From contig NC_068998.1 of the NCBI RefSeq assembly GCF_001194135.2, forward strand, positions 34,394,448 through 34,458,447: a DNA stretch of 64,000 bases. Reading direction: 5' to 3'. Each line of letters opens with the position of its first letter. Within the stretch, counting starts at the first letter, position 1. Of this stretch, positions 60,051-64,000 are shown piece after piece. Below the pieces are notes generated by a model. It saw only the letters and a program-made list of their open reading frames with translations. It was not told the DNA's origin and made no database searches. The DNA comes from Octopus bimaculoides (taxonomy: Eukaryota). Position numbers and translations under genes: made by a program.

Positions 60051-62628
60051 ATTGTGCACTCAGACAAATTGCAACTCCACTGGTATCAGAAGGTCACTCC
60101 AACATACATACACACATGCATACATATGTACAGACACACACACACACGTGCATAAACACACACACACGTGCATAAACACACACACACGTGCATAAACACA
60201 CACACACACGTGCATAAACACACACACACATGTATATAGTTAAAATGCATATAGAGCCATCCTTCCTAACTATGTCATTTCCCAATCTTGTGCTTCTGAG
60301 TTCATCCCCATTGTGTGGCACATGGAGCAAGTGTTTACTTTTATAGCTCCAGGCCAACCAATAACATGTGAGTGCATTTTGTAGATGGAAACTGTGTGGA
60401 AGCTCATTGCATGTGTGTGTATGTGTTTGCCCCACCACCACCACCACCGCTTGACAACCAGTGTTAATTTGTGAAGTGCTTTGTGTTAGGAAGGGCAATG
60501 GAGTTAGGCAAATTTGCAGAAACTGAAATAGTTAAGCAAAGAATGGTCCTCCAACATATCAGATCCTGTCAATCCATCAAACCTGTGCAAATATGGGAAA
60601 CAGAAGTGAAAATGATGATGCTGAAGGTATATGCATGCATGTGTGTGTGTGTGCGTGTGTGTGTGTGTGTGTGTATCTGCTTGTCATATATGGATGAGTG
60701 GTGTATGAGCTATATTAAAGACATGACTATGTTTGAGTTTAATCTTTTTGATTGTAAATTCCCTATGAATCCTTTTTTTTTTTTTTAGAACAATTGAGCT
60801 TGTGAGTCCATTACTTCATTAAAGTTTCAAGAACTTCTTGTTCTCATCATCAGAATAAATTGTTCTTTACATAAGTGTGAATACAAAGCAAGCTTCATAG
60901 GAATATTGATAAAATTGTCAACAACAAATTCAAAAAGCAGTGGTTAAGTTCCTGGAGATTTCATGATATATTTTCTATGTGTGATGTATCTGTCTGTTAA
61001 TTTATGTTTTGTGCTTTGCATTTTCTAAAGCTTCCATAGATATTCTCAGTTTTTGTTTTTATTGTAGAATTCAATATAACATTGTAGTGCAGTCAACTAA
61101 GTTTTTCCAGCTAATTTTATTTACTGTACTCTATTATTATGAATAATGGGGGCTTTTTGTTATAAATGCATGGTCAAGCAAAAAGCAAATTTCATATTTG
61201 TATGTTTGATGTAGCAGGTTGAGTCATGAATTTTACAGGTTTCTCATTTATATTGAAATGTCTGTATTATGCTGGTTGTCTGAAATATATAGTATGCATT
61301 GCTAATATTTGGTTTTGTATCGATGAGCAGGTTTTTTCATTTCATTGTGGTGCTAGCATAATACATTCTAAGTATGAGTTTGTGGTTAGCTGTGATTCAT
61401 GCTATGTTTTGTTTAGTAAACATTTTAATGCCAAGTTCATCCATTCTGTAGACAGAGTGTTTTGGCTCTCGTAGCATGCAATATGTGCAGTGTCTTGTGA
61501 TGAGATGGGGAATGTCTTAAAACATTAATGGACTAATGGATTGAGGAAAGCTATTATTCCAAACTAAACATAAAGGACTAATAAGGAAAAAAGGAAAAAC
61601 TCATACATGGTTATGTTTTTAACATAACATTAATTGAAAAAAAAGGAACTGTTCCATATTCAACAACACACACAAACACATCTGTAAACCAAGCACATGT
61701 GAGAAAGCTAAACTATTATCTAATAACAACCACTAAAAATAGACAAGGAGATAGCAAAGTTGTCTCCTCTTTACAGTTTTTTCTCTTTCATACTTGCATA
61801 TTTTATTTGGGTGTTCCCATTCTTTTATGCATCAAACAAAAAAAAAATTATTTTTCATGTTTTGTGAGAAATATAAGTTTCCACTTTTTGTTTATATGGA
61901 TTCTAACTTTCTATCTTTTTATAGGTCTCTGTAAGTGTGTCTATCTGTGTGTAAGTATGTATGTGCATGTGCAGATACACACACACACACAGGGAAATAG
62001 AAACAGAAAGAAGGATAAATATATACATATCCAGGACCATTCACACCATACTGAATATATCAAACATATATGCAATATAATTACATATATACACATGTAT
62101 AAATATTATATACATACATGTATATGTATATATGAATTTATATGTATATATACATATATTCATATATATGTGTGTGTGCATGTATATGTGTAGGCATATA
62201 TATGAATATGCATACATATATATGTGTATGCATGCACACACATACACACACGGTATATTATATCTACATTATCGTAATTGTCCTTTTAATAACTTTTTTA
62301 TAATGGTACAGAGGATTTAAATGTGTATATGCATATATTTACTTCATATATATACACACACCCACATATACATACATTTATATTACATATATTATTTATA
62401 TTACTTTTTGTCTTGTATATGCGAGTGCATATATAAGTATATATACATACATATTCTCTCTCTATATATATATTATATATATATATGTGTGTGTGTAATG
62501 TATGCATGTGTGTGTGTCTGTGTGCGTGTTTGTACATCCATGTGTCTACATTTACCAACACCGATAATGATAAAAGAAAGAAAAGATGCAATATTAATAT
62601 ATTAATATTTGTATGAGCATGTTTATTT

Positions 62629-62660
<32 letters not shown>

Positions 62661-62949
62661 GACATACACACAATATACATATGTATATGCACACAAATAC
62701 GTCGACACACTCATTCATACTTACAGACACACATACACATGCACATATACACAGGCATATAAGAGCAGAAATATAGAATCCATAGAAAGCCAATAGTTGA
62801 AATACATATTTTTCAGAAACATGAGAAATTATTTCTTCAGTCATAAAAGAAGAACAAATTGAATAAAACCGAATATACAGGAATAACCTGGAAATAGAGA
62901 AATGTAAGAGAATGATAGAGACTTTCTTATCTTTTCTATATCTCTTGGA

Positions 62950-63290
62950 GAATTCATCATTATCATCAACGTCACCGTCGTTATTGTCCTTATTGTTATC
63001 GTTACCATCATTGTTCCCATCGCTACCATCATTGTTCTCATCGTTATTACAATCACAAACATTTTCATCCTTATTATTATCAATTAACATCCACCCACCA
63101 CCACTAGTGTCATCATCATTGTCATTATTATCATTATTACCATTAACATATCCTCTATAATGTTCATCATCATTTTTGTATTATCATTACCTTTATTCCC
63201 ATCAACTTAGTGCCATCATTGTCATAATCACTATTATATTGTCATTCACATCATCATCATCATCACCATTATCAACATCTGCATCAATAG
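62950..63290. repeat. Degenerate (TCA/TTA)n trinucleotide low-complexity tract; similar tracts at about 5355-5510, 15120-15310, 18650-18870 and 21220-21590
   Basis: Read directly from the sequence. Confidence 0.9.
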
Positions 63291-63689
63291 TTTATTGATT
63301 AATTCCAATAAAGAATGGCAAGGGAGACAAAATGGCGACTTTAACAGCACAGCAACAACTAATAATTTTTAATCGTATTAGACCAACTCAGCAAAGTAAT
63401 AAAGCTACCATTACTTACTAAAAGTAAAACTAATTTGGAGAGTTATCATGTTTTAGTGAACTAACATTGGATGGTAGGACAACTTAAAATGACAAGTAAT
63501 GAAATATCTAGGTACAGTTTTACAAGGAAAACAAGCAGCAAAGAGAATGGAGTGACTTGGCAAAAGAGCAGTGATGCTCTGAAATAAAAAAAATTTTAAA
63601 AGCTAGTTCTTCAGATGTAATGATATCTAAAATCATACAAAAGACATGAAATAAATACCAGGCTAATTTATTAATATTATGCTTCAAAC

Positions 63690-63790
63690 CAAGGTGACAA
63701 GCTGGCAGAATTGTTAGCATGCTAGGCAAAATGCTTAGTGGCATTTCATATGTCCTCATGTTTAAGCTTCAAATATTTGGTTTTCTATTC
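63690..63790 (+). mobile_element. SINE family C head
   Basis: aaggtgacaagctggcagaattgttagcatg...gcaaaatgcttagtggcatttc matches about 46192-46250. Confidence 0.7.
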
Positions 63791-64000
63791 CATCTTGAGT
63801 TTTTGTGACAAGAAGATAAACTCACAAACGCAAATATCATGTCCCCTGATATGGTATAGAATAATGTTGGCTTCAACTGGTCATACTGGGTCATCATAAA
63901 AAGCAGTGTCAGCTCAAACATCCAAATTTGTGTCCAGTGAGAATATATTAACGAAAAATGTTATTAAGAAAATGATATCAAGAGCCATCTTTCATTGTGT

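Noticed and set aside
63329-63396. CAAAATGGCG start context, MATLTAQQQLIIFNRIRPTQQ|gtaata
   Set aside because: Short, no promoter context or downstream exon within the window, and chance occurrence is plausible.

Overview
AT-rich eukaryotic genomic DNA from a gapped draft assembly (5 N-runs). It is dense in (TA)n/(CA)n/(GA)n/(ATC)n/(ATT)n microsatellites and decayed transposable elements. The SINE families and repeat landscape look like an Octopus (coleoid cephalopod) genome; this is inference from recalled repeat sequences, not a database hit. No long intact ORF and no confidently nameable host gene is visible, and most ORF-track entries are microsatellite, N-gap or antisense-to-TE artefacts. 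Supported content: a Penelope-like RT fragment with an open frame; five R4/Dong-like (restriction-like endonuclease, RLE) non-LTR fragments, one near full length; several RTE and CR1-like LINE pieces; a decayed Gypsy element and a solo LTR with TSD; five mariner relics, a Tc1, pogo-like, hAT and probable piggyBac relics; and many copies of tRNA-derived SINEs. Most interesting: (1) R4-like elements whose 3' ends abut CA-rich microsatellites; (2) a SINE whose 3' tail matches an adjacent CR1-like LINE and which carries an internal microsatellite; (3) several long fold-back structures, including a 300-bp near-perfect palindrome, as candidate dsRNA/ADAR substrates; (4) a minimal type-I hammerhead-ribozyme-like motif in a dispersed repeat; (5) a few splice-compatible orphan exon candidates. 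All translations and alignments were done by eye; TE coordinates are approximate to tens of bp unless TIR/TSD ends are quoted.
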